Positions 48,315-58,110 are shown, numbered from the stretch's first letter. The stretch: DNA of 64,000 nt from an uncultured Coriobacteriaceae bacterium (GCA_949298635.1 CASFXG010000003.1:5291-69290), one strand, 5' to 3'. Notes: generated from the letters alone by a model not told the origin. Translations and numbers: made by a program.

Positions 48315-49517
48315 TTACTCGAGCAGGCTCACCGTGTAGGTGTTCTCGTAGTCCATGCCGGTGGCGATGGTCGCGGTAAGGTCGTCCAGGTTGTAGACCA
48401 CCGACCACTGGGTCGCGCTCTCCTCGCCGCGGCTGTTCAGGTGCGTCTCCTGAGCGCAGGCAGCGAGCAGATCCATGGCCTCGCCCTCGCTCACCACGCC
48501 ATCGGCCGCCGTAAGACCGCTCATCACGATCTCATAGCGATCCTGGCCGCCGCCGAAATCGTAGTCACCCGGCGTAAGGAGGAAGTTCGTGGCAGCCATG
48601 TACGTACGGCCCTCAACAGCCACGCCCGCCGTGGTCGCGTCGTCCGCCTCGAGCACGGAAAGCTCGTCGTCGATGTACTCCACGACCACGGTGCGGCCGC
48701 TCGCGTCGGCGATCTGGAAGTGGTAGCAGCTGTTCGCGCTCGAATGCATGTCATACTGCTCGAGCAGGGCGATGGCCTCGTCAACCGTGGCGCATTTGTC
48801 CAGCATGAGGCGGATGGCGGTCGTGGTGGTGATGTCGACCTTGTCCGTCTGCTGGTTCGTAGGGTCGGTGTCGATGAGCAGCACGCCCACGGCAAGGCCG
48901 GCCTCGTTCATGCCGTCGAGCGGGGCATAGGGAGCCGCGAGCGCGGTGATGCTCGAGGTAGGCGAATCGAGCAGCTTGTCCTCGCCGTAGCCCAGGAAGC
49001 CCAGGTTCACCATGGAAATGCTCGCATAACCGTCTTCGGGATCGGTGCGCACGAGCATGCTCGGCGAATAGCTCAGATCGAAGTTGCGACCGAAAACATC
49101 GTCGCCTTCGGGCGTGACCGCGTTGAACGTGGAGCACGCAAGATCAGGCAGCTCGATGGTGATGGGCAGACCCTTCATAAGGTGCTGAATCACGAACTCG
49201 ATGAGCTCGGCGTCGTTCGAGGCGCCGCCCTGCTCCAAGAACTCGTCGATACCGTAATCGCCCGCGTACGTCATGGTGTAGAACGGATAATCGTTCACCT
49301 TCTTGATGGACGCGATGGTCGCGATCTCGCCGCGGAACATGAAGGCGATGCCGCCCACCGCAAGCACGACGAGCGCCACAAGAGCGATGAGCACGCGGAC
49401 GACGATCTTCTTCGCGCCGCCGGAGCGCTTGGGTGCGCCGGGCTCGGTGGAAGCGGACGGCTGAGTAACGGCGGGCTGCTCGTTCGCCGCGTCCTCGCGC
49501 TTGATATCTTCTGCCAT
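48315..49517 (-). CDS. Membrane-anchored Ntn-hydrolase (choloylglycine hydrolase/linear amide C-N hydrolase family)
   Basis: N-terminal TM helix, pro-region, A|CSTF...VFGRNFD, DGMNEAGL, ATNF, TQWSVVY. Confidence 0.85.
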   Translation of the reverse strand: MAEDIKREDAANEQPAVTQPSASTEPGAPKRSGGAKKIVVRVLIALVALVVLAVGGIAFMFRGEIATIASIKKVNDYPFYTMTYAGDYGIDEFLEQGGASNDAELIEFVIQHLMKGLPITIELPDLACSTFNAVTPEGDDVFGRNFDLSYSPSMLVRTDPEDGYASISMVNLGFLGYGEDKLLDSPTSSITALAAPYAPLDGMNEAGLAVGVLLIDTDPTNQQTDKVDITTTTAIRLMLDKCATVDEAIALLEQYDMHSSANSCYHFQIADASGRTVVVEYIDDELSVLEADDATTAGVAVEGRTYMAATNFLLTPGDYDFGGGQDRYEIVMSGLTAADGVVSEGEAMDLLAACAQETHLNSRGEESATQWSVVYNLDDLTATIATGMDYENTYTVSLLE

Positions 49518-49836
49518 GTAGACCCCCTGGGTTCGATTCGCATTCCAGCTGCAAGATGCCGAAGCACCCTGCGGCGGCGCACCATGCTAGCACGAATCGC
49601 CATGGATGCTGACGTTTTCTATATTTTCGTCAAAATATGAACCCAACTATTGAACCGCCAAAAAACGCGTTGAAATGACGATGCTGAGCATCATAGTTAT
49701 CGCGCTCGAAAATCGCGTCCAGATTTCCGTGAGAATCGAGTCTGGAAACCCGTGAAAATCGAGTATGCCGTTGCTCCCATTTCACTGCTCGGGCGGCAAT
49801 CACCAAAGTCTCCCCTCAGCCCACCCGGCGCGCTGG

Positions 49837-50016
49837 CTATCGGAAAGATTTCGTACATTCTTTCAGTAGCCATCTGTCAATCCTTCCTATCGGAAAGAAA
49901 TCGCGATTTCTTTCTTTTAGTGTCATTTTTATCTATCTATCGGAAAAATCTGGCCGATTTTTTCTTTTTGAGCGCTAGAATTCAAGCTATCGGAAAACAA
50001 ACACGTATTGTTTTCG
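49837..50016 (+). repeat. Four-unit array with an exact 50-bp period upstream of the Fic gene
   Basis: CTATCGGAAA at 49837, 49887, 49937 and 49987, each overlapping a GAAA...TTTC palindrome. Confidence 0.85.
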
Positions 50017-50025
50017 GAGGAAGGT

Positions 50026-51276
50026 ATGCCCTACCCCACGCTCGAAAAGTTGTTCTACGCCGACACTACCTCAGATCGCTTTGCCAACCACGAGCGTCTT
50101 CTTCAGTCGCGGCTATCTAACGAGTCGACATTCCGCACGGGCATTCAACTCGAATACGGAGAACTCTTCTTGGCAGTTCCCCGCGAGCTCTCACGTGAGA
50201 CGGAGCATGCCCTTCGTCGCGAGCGTCGCGTCTCCGCCTTATGGCGTACCCTTCCTCCCGTTGCCCTTGGCGCTTACATCCGCTCCCTCATTCTTGATGA
50301 GGTTGTATACAGCAATGAGATGGAGGGGGTTCACAGCACGCGGCGAGAGATCGAAATCGCCCTCGACCACGTCCAAGCGGCAGCGCAAGGGGCGCGGGGA
50401 GACAGCCACGTTGAACATACGCCCTTTGTGGAACTGGCACGTCTCTATCTCAATCTCACCAAAGCGCCCGCGATGCCCTGTTCGCTCGAAGACATTCGCG
50501 CGATCTACGACTCGGTTGTTGCCGATGCCATCGATCCAAAGGATCTGCCAGGCGATGCCCTGTTCCGCTCTGGCCAAGTTGTCGTGGAAAACGAGAGAGG
50601 CAAGGTCATTCACCGAGGGGTCTCGCCTGAGCCCGAAATCGAGCGAATGATGACGCAGTGGCTTGCGCTCTCGAACGATGACGAAATGCCCGAGCTGTAT
50701 AGCACCCTCATGTGCCACTTCCTGTTTGGATACATCCACCCCTTCTATGATGGAAACGGAAGAACGGGAAGATACCTGCTCGCGCTGCACCTGAGCAATC
50801 CCCTATCACAGCCGACCGCGCTCTCGCTCTCGCGCGTCATCGCGGAAAACAAAGCCGCGTATTACAAAGCCTTCGACACAACGGAACGCAAGCTCAACCA
50901 TGCCGAGGGAACGCATTTTGTACTAGGACTGCTTAATCTCATTGGCTTGGCGCAAGAAAGCTTAATCGCCGACCTCGAGGAAAAGCGCTCAGCGCTCGAT
51001 ACCCTCAGCGAGCGTCTCAATACGCTTGAAGGGAAGCTGTCGCAGCGCGAATGCTCAACGCTCTATTACGCTGCCCAAATGCAACTCTACAACTCGTTCC
51101 ACGAGACCAAACTCGATGACCTGTCACGCTATCTTGAAGTATCCAAGCCCACAGCGCGGAAAACCCTTGCGGCGCTCTGCGACGAACACGGCCTGATGGA
51201 ACGCGTGTCCCAACGTCCACCTGTCTACAAACTCACGCAAAAGGGCGTGGATGAGTTGGGGCTCGCGGGAGTGTAG
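50026..51276 (+). CDS. Fic-family protein with C-terminal wHTH
   Basis: SNEMEG inhibitory-helix motif, HPFYDGNGRTGR, C-terminal LSRYLEVSKPTARKTL. Confidence 0.92.
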   Translation: MPYPTLEKLFYADTTSDRFANHERLLQSRLSNESTFRTGIQLEYGELFLAVPRELSRETEHALRRERRVSALWRTLPPVALGAYIRSLILDEVVYSNEMEGVHSTRREIEIALDHVQAAAQGARGDSHVEHTPFVELARLYLNLTKAPAMPCSLEDIRAIYDSVVADAIDPKDLPGDALFRSGQVVVENERGKVIHRGVSPEPEIERMMTQWLALSNDDEMPELYSTLMCHFLFGYIHPFYDGNGRTGRYLLALHLSNPLSQPTALSLSRVIAENKAAYYKAFDTTERKLNHAEGTHFVLGLLNLIGLAQESLIADLEEKRSALDTLSERLNTLEGKLSQRECSTLYYAAQMQLYNSFHETKLDDLSRYLEVSKPTARKTLAALCDEHGLMERVSQRPPVYKLTQKGVDELGLAGV

Positions 51277-51878
51277 TTATGGTTATCGAATGTGTCTAAG
51301 GGGAGCTTACGGCGATCGAAGCATGGCATTGGTTTAGAACGTGCGCCGTTCGATTCGTTTTAAATCAAACAAACTCGATACTATGACGACCCCAATAGCT
51401 CGCTTCGCCTGCGATGAGCCTTTTGAAAATCGATCCTAATTGCTTGTCCGAGGACGGGCGGTTCATGCCGAGTAGTAGCCACGCTTGATAGCGCAGTTAC
51501 CACTCAACCTGTCAGAACGTGGACAAACATCAAAATCAAACTCGGCGGAGGCAAGACACCAAACGGCATTTGACATCTTTTCCGCCTAAAGGCGCGTCGC
51601 GTCTAACCCAGCAGCCAGAAACCTTAGATTGGCGTTTAAAGTAATGCTTAACACGAACTCGCCATTTGCGCATTATGGCTGCGGCGACGATGCGTATATC
51701 GCCCCTCATCTCGATGCTCAAACCGTAAGTGCTGGCTCAACATAACTCTTGACACGTGTGTCCACAGCAACCAATCTTTTCCATCTATTACGGGACGCTG
51801 ACTTTTTATACCCCGAGACGTCCAGTGCTGATAATTGTGAGCTCTGACCGGTAGGGAAGAGCGTCGCCAAGCGTATTC

Positions 51879-52337
51879 TCAGTCGCTTTTACCGCATGGC
51901 GCGAGCTGCCCATCGGGCTTAAAAACACACCGTGAGACGTCAAGCAAATCGAGAAATACCCCCTCGTCAATATAACGAAATGACTGCGGGGCAGAAGAAA
52001 GACCAATCTCCGAAAGCGATATGGGATTATTGGTTTTGAAAACTTTTCCAAGATGATATGCGCACGCGTTTCTTTTAGACTCAGAAAAATAGTCATAGAA
52101 AAAAGCCCGCGTAATCCCGGCATCGCGCTTGGTAGCATTCCATAATTCTCTTTTTGAGCCGCTAAGCTTACCAACAACTTCGACAAAACCAGTAATAGCG
52201 GCCACAGGTTTTGTCTCATAGAGAACGACGTAATCGACAGAGCTGGAAGCAAGGCGCTTTCTATACTCAAAGCGTTTTTCACCTGAGTATATTTTGTCTG
52301 CAAAGCTGCTATGTATAGAGAGGATAATTACTCGCAT
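51879..52337 (-). CDS. ASCH/PUA-like domain protein
   Basis: ILSIHSSFADKIYSGEKRFEYRK, VLYETKPVAAITGF, APQSFRY. Confidence 0.85.
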   Translation of the reverse strand: MRVIILSIHSSFADKIYSGEKRFEYRKRLASSSVDYVVLYETKPVAAITGFVEVVGKLSGSKRELWNATKRDAGITRAFFYDYFSESKRNACAYHLGKVFKTNNPISLSEIGLSSAPQSFRYIDEGVFLDLLDVSRCVFKPDGQLAPCGKSD

Positions 52338-53818
52338 ATCTGTCTACCTTTGACAAGAGCTAAATATGATTCGTGATCCACCCTACAAATCGATTGCGAA
52401 ACCTGAAGGCCAGCGTTATGCATATCTGCAATAGTAATACAGGGCCTATAGTATCCAATTAAGTCGAAAGTTATAACTAATAACCCCCTCGCAGCTCCGT
52501 CGAACATGGAGTATAACTCGCTACGAGAATAAACGGTTCTCCTCTCCACCGACCTGCACAATGTTTCAAAATCGGTGTAGCTAACAGCAGACTTAACAAC
52601 GCCGAGGGGCTCAACGTTCTTCCTATCCGCACTCCGATAGAATAAGAGTAAGTCTCCTGGACGAATGCTCTTTATGCCAGACCTCGAAATATAAACCTTT
52701 CTTATCGTGTTGCTCTCCGATGAATACATCTCTGTATAATCGCTGAATAAGCTCTCCCTGTAAAAGGTAGAAATATCAGGGAATAGCCTTTCGTGCCATT
52801 GGGGCTGAATGGGTACCAGATACTTCTTAACCTGACTTCCGTCTAGATAAGAAGGGAAGTAACTGTCGACATATTTTGCCGCGTCCGCCTCTTCAAGCCC
52901 ATCCGGGCAATCTGTATATTTACCGTATACGGCATCACCGGTGTAATCGCCGAGAAATCGAAAACCAAACTCTTCCACCAGTTTGATCAAATAGGTTTGC
53001 TTATCGGGATTCGTATGAAGATAGACAAACCCAAGATTGTTTTTACGGCAAAACTGAAAGGCCGTATATAAAAGTCGCTCGCCTACTTTTGCTCCACGTA
53101 ATGTCTCCGACACTTTAAATGTGCACAGCTTGAGAACCTTGCCCTTAATTCCAGGAACACTCATCCCACAATCGGGAATATCCTCAATCTTCCATATGCA
53201 TAGAGCAGCAAGTTCCTCGTCTTTTCGGATTGTCCAACACTGGCGTTGGCTCCTAGAACATTTTTCAAACCACTCGGAAAATGCCGGATAGTCCTCCCTT
53301 ATCGAATCGAAAAAAGAATCGTTGACGTTGAGAGTCCTGCAGTACTCATCATTGACACAAGCCAGATCGCTCGAATTGGTTTGTGCGATTCCGCCGAGCA
53401 AAGAAATAAACTCTATTATGCTCAGGACTCGGCTGCGCATCTGGGATTTCTCTGCTTTACGATGCATCTCCTTATCTTCCGTGACCAGATAATCGACTTG
53501 TGAAGTCAGGATGCAATAAAGCAGCTCATTATCAATGAGGTCATTTGCTGACGAATGAGACCATCCCTGCCCTTTCGCAATCTCCGCATTAATGGTTGGG
53601 GCGAACTCGAGAGGCTTGAACTGACCAATTCGCGACAGGACAATCCGTCGTCTGGCGTCATTCCGATCCCTATTAATGTCTTTTATCTGATCAGGATGAT
53701 AATAGTACGCGACGTGCCCTTGCGAGAGCCTCATCATAGCCGAAACGTCCCCGGGCATTTCTTTCCCGGTATCTTCCATTTTTATCAGCACATTAGTGTC
53801 AAGCAAAACATTAATCAT
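52328..53818 (-). CDS. PIN + GNAT acetyltransferase + ASCH/PUA fusion protein
   Basis: VLLDTNVLI...YLVTEDK (PIN); LKLCTFKV..LRGAKVGERLL...FGF (GNAT); VPIQPQWHERLF...IRKVYI...RPGDLLLFYRS (PUA-like). Confidence 0.8.
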   Translation of the reverse strand: MINVLLDTNVLIKMEDTGKEMPGDVSAMMRLSQGHVAYYYHPDQIKDINRDRNDARRRIVLSRIGQFKPLEFAPTINAEIAKGQGWSHSSANDLIDNELLYCILTSQVDYLVTEDKEMHRKAEKSQMRSRVLSIIEFISLLGGIAQTNSSDLACVNDEYCRTLNVNDSFFDSIREDYPAFSEWFEKCSRSQRQCWTIRKDEELAALCIWKIEDIPDCGMSVPGIKGKVLKLCTFKVSETLRGAKVGERLLYTAFQFCRKNNLGFVYLHTNPDKQTYLIKLVEEFGFRFLGDYTGDAVYGKYTDCPDGLEEADAAKYVDSYFPSYLDGSQVKKYLVPIQPQWHERLFPDISTFYRESLFSDYTEMYSSESNTIRKVYISRSGIKSIRPGDLLLFYRSADRKNVEPLGVVKSAVSYTDFETLCRSVERRTVYSRSELYSMFDGAARGLLVITFDLIGYYRPCITIADMHNAGLQVSQSICRVDHESYLALVKGRQICE

Positions 53819-55094
53819 TGCCTACACCGCCTGGTTCGCTTTCCCTCCGCACCATCGCTTTCCCAATCCGATGCGGAATGCCCGTCACCAGTGCATTTCC
53901 CATGCAGAACGCTCGCTGGCCGTCGGTCATGCCGGTGTTGGTCCAGCCTTTGGGGAAGCATTGCAGCTGATCGAGCTCATCGGGAACAAGGCGACGGAAT
54001 CTGCCGTCGGGACACTTGATGATGTGCTTAAAACGCGACGGTGTCACACCGCCCTCTCCGGTGAGAATCGTACGCGAGGGAGCATCGGTCGCATCTGGGA
54101 ATGCCATTTGACCTTCTGAATAATGATATGTATGACCGCTCTTGCTCACACGCTCGATTGACTTCGACCCTTTCAGGTACTCCCAATCCTTGATCTTATC
54201 CTCGGCAACATAAAATTCGGCAGGCACATCGCACTCATTAACCAGGACATCACCAAGCGTGCGTGATTCACCAGAGTAAACGGCTTCAGCGTTTGCGGTC
54301 ACCACGTGCAGACCCTGCATAACGCCCGCCGCTTTGAACTGAGAAACCTTGCGCCCCACGCCAAACTGCTCCGAGTTATCTGCAGGGTTCTCAAGCAAAT
54401 CGAACTCATCCACGTCATCAATCTGATTGATCGGGAACGCATCGGCCATAACGCCATCGTTCAGTCGCTCAGCCAAATCCCACTGCTCGTCCGTCTTCTC
54501 TGCATAGATGTACACGCGCTTGCGCCGCTGCGGATAGCCGTACTCCGCGCTGTTGATGACGCGCCACTCAACTGCATAGCCAAGCGAAGCCAAGCACGAC
54601 AAAATGATTGCAAAATCACGACCACGCTGAGAAGCGGGGCTCTTTAGCAAGCGGTCAACGTTCTCAAATAAGCAATACTTAGTCTTAGGCTTAAGCTGCA
54701 AGAAGCGATAGATATCCCACCAGAGCACGCCCTTCTTGCCCTCAATACCATCTGCCTGGGAAAGCGTACGTGCCACCGAATAATCCTGGCACGGGAAGCC
54801 GCCGACGACCATATCCACATCGGGAATCTCGCGCTCTCCAGCCTCAAATTCATCGAGCACCCTATGGATGTCCTCGTTGACAAACTCGCCCTCGTGGAAG
54901 CGCGCGGCATAACAACGTGCTGCGAATTGCCGCCTGTCAGTGCCCGGCTCCCATTGATTCGCCCAAATCGTCTTAAAGTTGCCCGCGGCAGGCATATCGA
55001 ATTCCGGATGCTCCGGATTGCTATAGCCCTCAAGACCCAAACGAAAGCCGCCGACGCCCGCAAAGAGCTCGGCTACTGTAATCTGTGAAGACAC
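53811..55094 (-). CDS. DNA (cytosine-5) methyltransferase, Sau3AI-like
   Basis: ELFAGVGG, GGFPCQDYS, ENV, QRRKRVY, RTILTGEGG, MGNA; GTG start after AAGGAG. Confidence 0.95.
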   Translation of the reverse strand: MSSQITVAELFAGVGGFRLGLEGYSNPEHPEFDMPAAGNFKTIWANQWEPGTDRRQFAARCYAARFHEGEFVNEDIHRVLDEFEAGEREIPDVDMVVGGFPCQDYSVARTLSQADGIEGKKGVLWWDIYRFLQLKPKTKYCLFENVDRLLKSPASQRGRDFAIILSCLASLGYAVEWRVINSAEYGYPQRRKRVYIYAEKTDEQWDLAERLNDGVMADAFPINQIDDVDEFDLLENPADNSEQFGVGRKVSQFKAAGVMQGLHVVTANAEAVYSGESRTLGDVLVNECDVPAEFYVAEDKIKDWEYLKGSKSIERVSKSGHTYHYSEGQMAFPDATDAPSRTILTGEGGVTPSRFKHIIKCPDGRFRRLVPDELDQLQCFPKGWTNTGMTDGQRAFCMGNALVTGIPHRIGKAMVRRESEPGGVGND

Positions 55095-55255
55095 GTTTCT
55101 CCTTTGCTACTGTGCCTCATTTCGTCCCATTGTATTTGATCGAGCAGACAAATACCAGATCCCCGTTCCAGTCAGCGGAACAGAATGTAAGGTCACCATG
55201 TTTTGTCCGCATGCTCGCCTACAATAGCTTAAGCAGAGGAAAGTGAGGTTGCACC

Positions 55256-56764
55256 ATGTCGCCCCTTGCCGGCCATGTTGAATTCAAGAAGCTCCATGAT
55301 TCCCTCGATGTCTCGAGCGCCGAAAGCATTGAACGCTACGCTGTTCACCTTGAAGGAATGACCTTCAAAGAAGTGCTTGAACTCGGTATTGAACCAGAAG
55401 ACTACAATCCTAAGAATTACGGTGACAAGCACTACAAGGGCGGCATGGGAAACCTCCTTGAAGAAAGATATTTCGGCTATCCCGCCAACAGTGACGATGA
55501 ACCAGATTTTCCTAAAGCTGGCGTAGAGCTAAAGGCCACTCCCATCGACATAAAAAAGAACGGCGACCCCTCGGCAGGCGAACGTCTCGTTCTCACAATG
55601 ATCCCATATGACAAGCCAATCGCAGGCGACTTCTTTGATTCGCACCTTTGGAAGAAATGCAAGCTCATCCTGCTCGTGTTCTATAACCGCGACAGAAATG
55701 TTGGATCATACGACCAGCAAATCACCCACGTTAAGATGTTCACGCCTCCGGAAGAGGATCTTCGCATCATCGCAGACGACTACAAAACGATTGTGTCATA
55801 CATCCAATCGGGTCGAGCGGACGAACTGAGCGAGAGCCTTACCACCTATCTAGGGGCTGCGACAAAGGGCGCAACAGCCGACAAATCTTGGGTGCCGCAG
55901 TACTATCCCTTCATCGACGAAAACGGCAACGTAGTTCATCGCCAAGCAAAGAAGCGATCGTTCTCATTCAAGCGCCAGTACATGGACTATGTTTTGCATC
56001 GATACGTTCTCGAAGAGGCTTCCGAAGTTGAGAAGATCCTCGCACCTGGCGTGCTTGAGCACGAGACGTTCGAACAGCACATCACCGGTCTCATCAACAG
56101 CTTCGTTGGCATGTCTGATCGGGAACTCGCCGCACATTTCAACATGCCGTATACGGGCAACAAGGCGCAATGGACCCAGCTCATATACCGCATTCTTGGA
56201 ATTAAGGGCAACCAAGCCGAGGAATTCGTGAAAGCGGGCATCACGGTAAAGACCGTTCGCATTGAAGAAAATGGCATCATCCGGGAGAGCGTTTCTCTGC
56301 CTCCATTTAAATTCAAAGGTCTCGCGCAAGAGACATGGGAAGACTCGCAACTTCGAGAGTATTTCGAAGAAACGCGCTTCTTCTTTGTTGCCTTCAAAAA
56401 ACGAGACGGCGAGTATCGCCTAGCGGGGAGCGTATTCTGGAATATGCCCGTAAGCGATATAGAGGGAGATTTGAAACGATGCTGGACAGAAGCCCAAGCA
56501 GCGATTCGAGATGGCGTTGAGCTTGTACCGGAAAAGCGGGGGTCTAGGGTTCGCTACAGGAACAATCTACCCAGCGAATCGCAGAATCCCATCTCCCACG
56601 TCCGTCCACATGCGAGTCAGGCCGCCTACCGCCTCTTAGATGGATCCGTGGTTGGAGACCCAGATAAAGATGCAAACGAACTCCCCGACGGCCGTTGGAT
56701 GACCACGCAGAGTTTTTGGCTCAACAGGGGGTACGTACAAAAGATCGTTTGCGATTTCCTGTAA
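55256..56764 (+). CDS. Sau3AI/MutH-family type II restriction endonuclease
   Basis: KGGMGNLLEERYFGY..NSD.EPDF...GVELKATP, ERLVL, second MutH-like domain (KTVRI..E, HVRPH, FWLN); divergent from the methylase. Confidence 0.92.
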   Translation: MSPLAGHVEFKKLHDSLDVSSAESIERYAVHLEGMTFKEVLELGIEPEDYNPKNYGDKHYKGGMGNLLEERYFGYPANSDDEPDFPKAGVELKATPIDIKKNGDPSAGERLVLTMIPYDKPIAGDFFDSHLWKKCKLILLVFYNRDRNVGSYDQQITHVKMFTPPEEDLRIIADDYKTIVSYIQSGRADELSESLTTYLGAATKGATADKSWVPQYYPFIDENGNVVHRQAKKRSFSFKRQYMDYVLHRYVLEEASEVEKILAPGVLEHETFEQHITGLINSFVGMSDRELAAHFNMPYTGNKAQWTQLIYRILGIKGNQAEEFVKAGITVKTVRIEENGIIRESVSLPPFKFKGLAQETWEDSQLREYFEETRFFFVAFKKRDGEYRLAGSVFWNMPVSDIEGDLKRCWTEAQAAIRDGVELVPEKRGSRVRYRNNLPSESQNPISHVRPHASQAAYRLLDGSVVGDPDKDANELPDGRWMTTQSFWLNRGYVQKIVCDFL

Positions 56765-56841
56765 TTCCACTATGCTTCGAGTCACACGGATATCTAAACA
56801 CGCCTTGTAATTGGCAAGCCACCATCAAGCACCACGCCGCG

Positions 56842-57993
56842 TTATCGCAGTAGGAAGTCGCAAGCCGGAACAACCTGCACGCCGTCGGCTCGATAGTTCA
56901 TCTCTCCCCGGTACACCACGCAGCGCCGGTCTTCGGCTATCCCCAGCTCCTCCGATACAACGGTAAGGTGGTGCGCGAATTGGCGGCGATACGTCTCGCC
57001 GGCCTTAATCTCAACCGCCTGCGGCTCCGCTGCGCGCGTGTAGTCGAGCAAATCAATCTCTCGCTTCGTATCATCGCGATAGAAGTAGAGCGTGGGCTCG
57101 TCCCCGTTGTTAAGATGGTGTTTGATTCGCTCTGAGATAACAAGGTTCTCGAACACCTCGCCGCGCTTTTGATGCAGCGCAAACGCGCGCACATCGTCGA
57201 TTTGCAGCAAGCTGCAAAGCAAGCCCGTGTCGTAAAAGTAGAGTTTGGGGGATTTCGCCAGGCGTTTCCTTCCATTCGCATAGCACGGCGGCAGTAAATA
57301 AATGATGTAGCTCGCCTGTAGGAGAGACATCCACGATTTGACGGTTCGTACGTCAACTCCGGTATCCGACGCAATTGACGTGTAGTTCACGATTCCGCCC
57401 ACCGAGTGCGCCAGTATGCCGAGCATCCTGCGGAACTCTGTGAGATTCCGCACGTTGAGAAGCGCCCCGACATCGCGCTCGACATACGCGTCGAGGTAAC
57501 TCCGCATAAACACATCACGCGGCATGTCAGCGTCGTACATGCGAGGGTAGCCCCCCGCCAGCATAAACGAATCCAGTCCGTCACACATGCTATGAACCTC
57601 GGAATACGAGAACGGCAGAAGCGTCAACCGACCCACCCTGCCGGCAAGCGACTGTTGAATTGCCTTCGTGAGCAAGAAGTTTTGTGATCCCGTGAGGACG
57701 TACTGACCGGTGCCGCCGCGAGCATCCGAAAGCACTTGAATCATGCTAAAAAGCTCGGGAGCGTATTGGGCCTCGTCGATGATAAGATGCTCGGGCTGCG
57801 ACTTCAGAAAACCCACTGGATCGGTTACCGCAGCCTCCCGATAATCCGGCTGCTCGAGATTGATGTACGCGAACTCGGGAAAAGCGCTCTTGACCAACGT
57901 GGATTTTCCGCTTTGCCGCGGACCGGTCAAAGAGACAACAGGAAACCACCCAGCAAGCTCCTTGAGCCTATTGGTGAGCGCTCGCTGTATCAT
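56842..57993 (-). CDS. AAA_14 ATPase with DUF4143 C-terminus
   Basis: GPRQSGKST, IIDEAQ, LTGSQN, SLAGR, GGYP, YVERD, KSPKLYFYDTGL, FENLV, EIDL, EIK. Confidence 0.92.
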   Translation of the reverse strand: MIQRALTNRLKELAGWFPVVSLTGPRQSGKSTLVKSAFPEFAYINLEQPDYREAAVTDPVGFLKSQPEHLIIDEAQYAPELFSMIQVLSDARGGTGQYVLTGSQNFLLTKAIQQSLAGRVGRLTLLPFSYSEVHSMCDGLDSFMLAGGYPRMYDADMPRDVFMRSYLDAYVERDVGALLNVRNLTEFRRMLGILAHSVGGIVNYTSIASDTGVDVRTVKSWMSLLQASYIIYLLPPCYANGRKRLAKSPKLYFYDTGLLCSLLQIDDVRAFALHQKRGEVFENLVISERIKHHLNNGDEPTLYFYRDDTKREIDLLDYTRAAEPQAVEIKAGETYRRQFAHHLTVVSEELGIAEDRRCVVYRGEMNYRADGVQVVPACDFLLR

Positions 57994-58022
57994 GGCCCCT
58001 CCTCACATTTGCTGTGCTTGTT

Positions 58023-58110
58023 TTCCACAATCATACATTAGCAGCTTCCATAATCATACATTAAAATACTCCACAATCATGCATTAGAAGCTTCCACGAT
58101 CATGCAATGA
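58023..58110. repeat. Four direct repeats with a 23-bp period in the divergent promoter region
   Basis: TTCCACAATCATACATTA / TTCCATAATCATACATTA / CTCCACAATCATGCATTA / TTCCACGATCATGCAATG. Confidence 0.85.

Noticed and set aside
49837-50016. Possible CRISPR array
   Set aside because: Only ~10 bp are strictly conserved, the period is 50 bp, and there are no cas genes in the window. Kept as an operator-like array instead.
51536-51721. 61-aa ORF in the Fic-ASCH gap
   Set aside because: TTG start, no RBS and no recognisable motif.
51806-52303. 165-aa ORF overlapping the ASCH gene in another frame
   Set aside because: The alternative frame lacks motifs, while the ASCH frame has clear signatures and coupled start/stop.
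58023-58110. Possible CRISPR array or plasmid iterons
   Set aside because: Spacers are only ~5 bp and there is no rep gene nearby.
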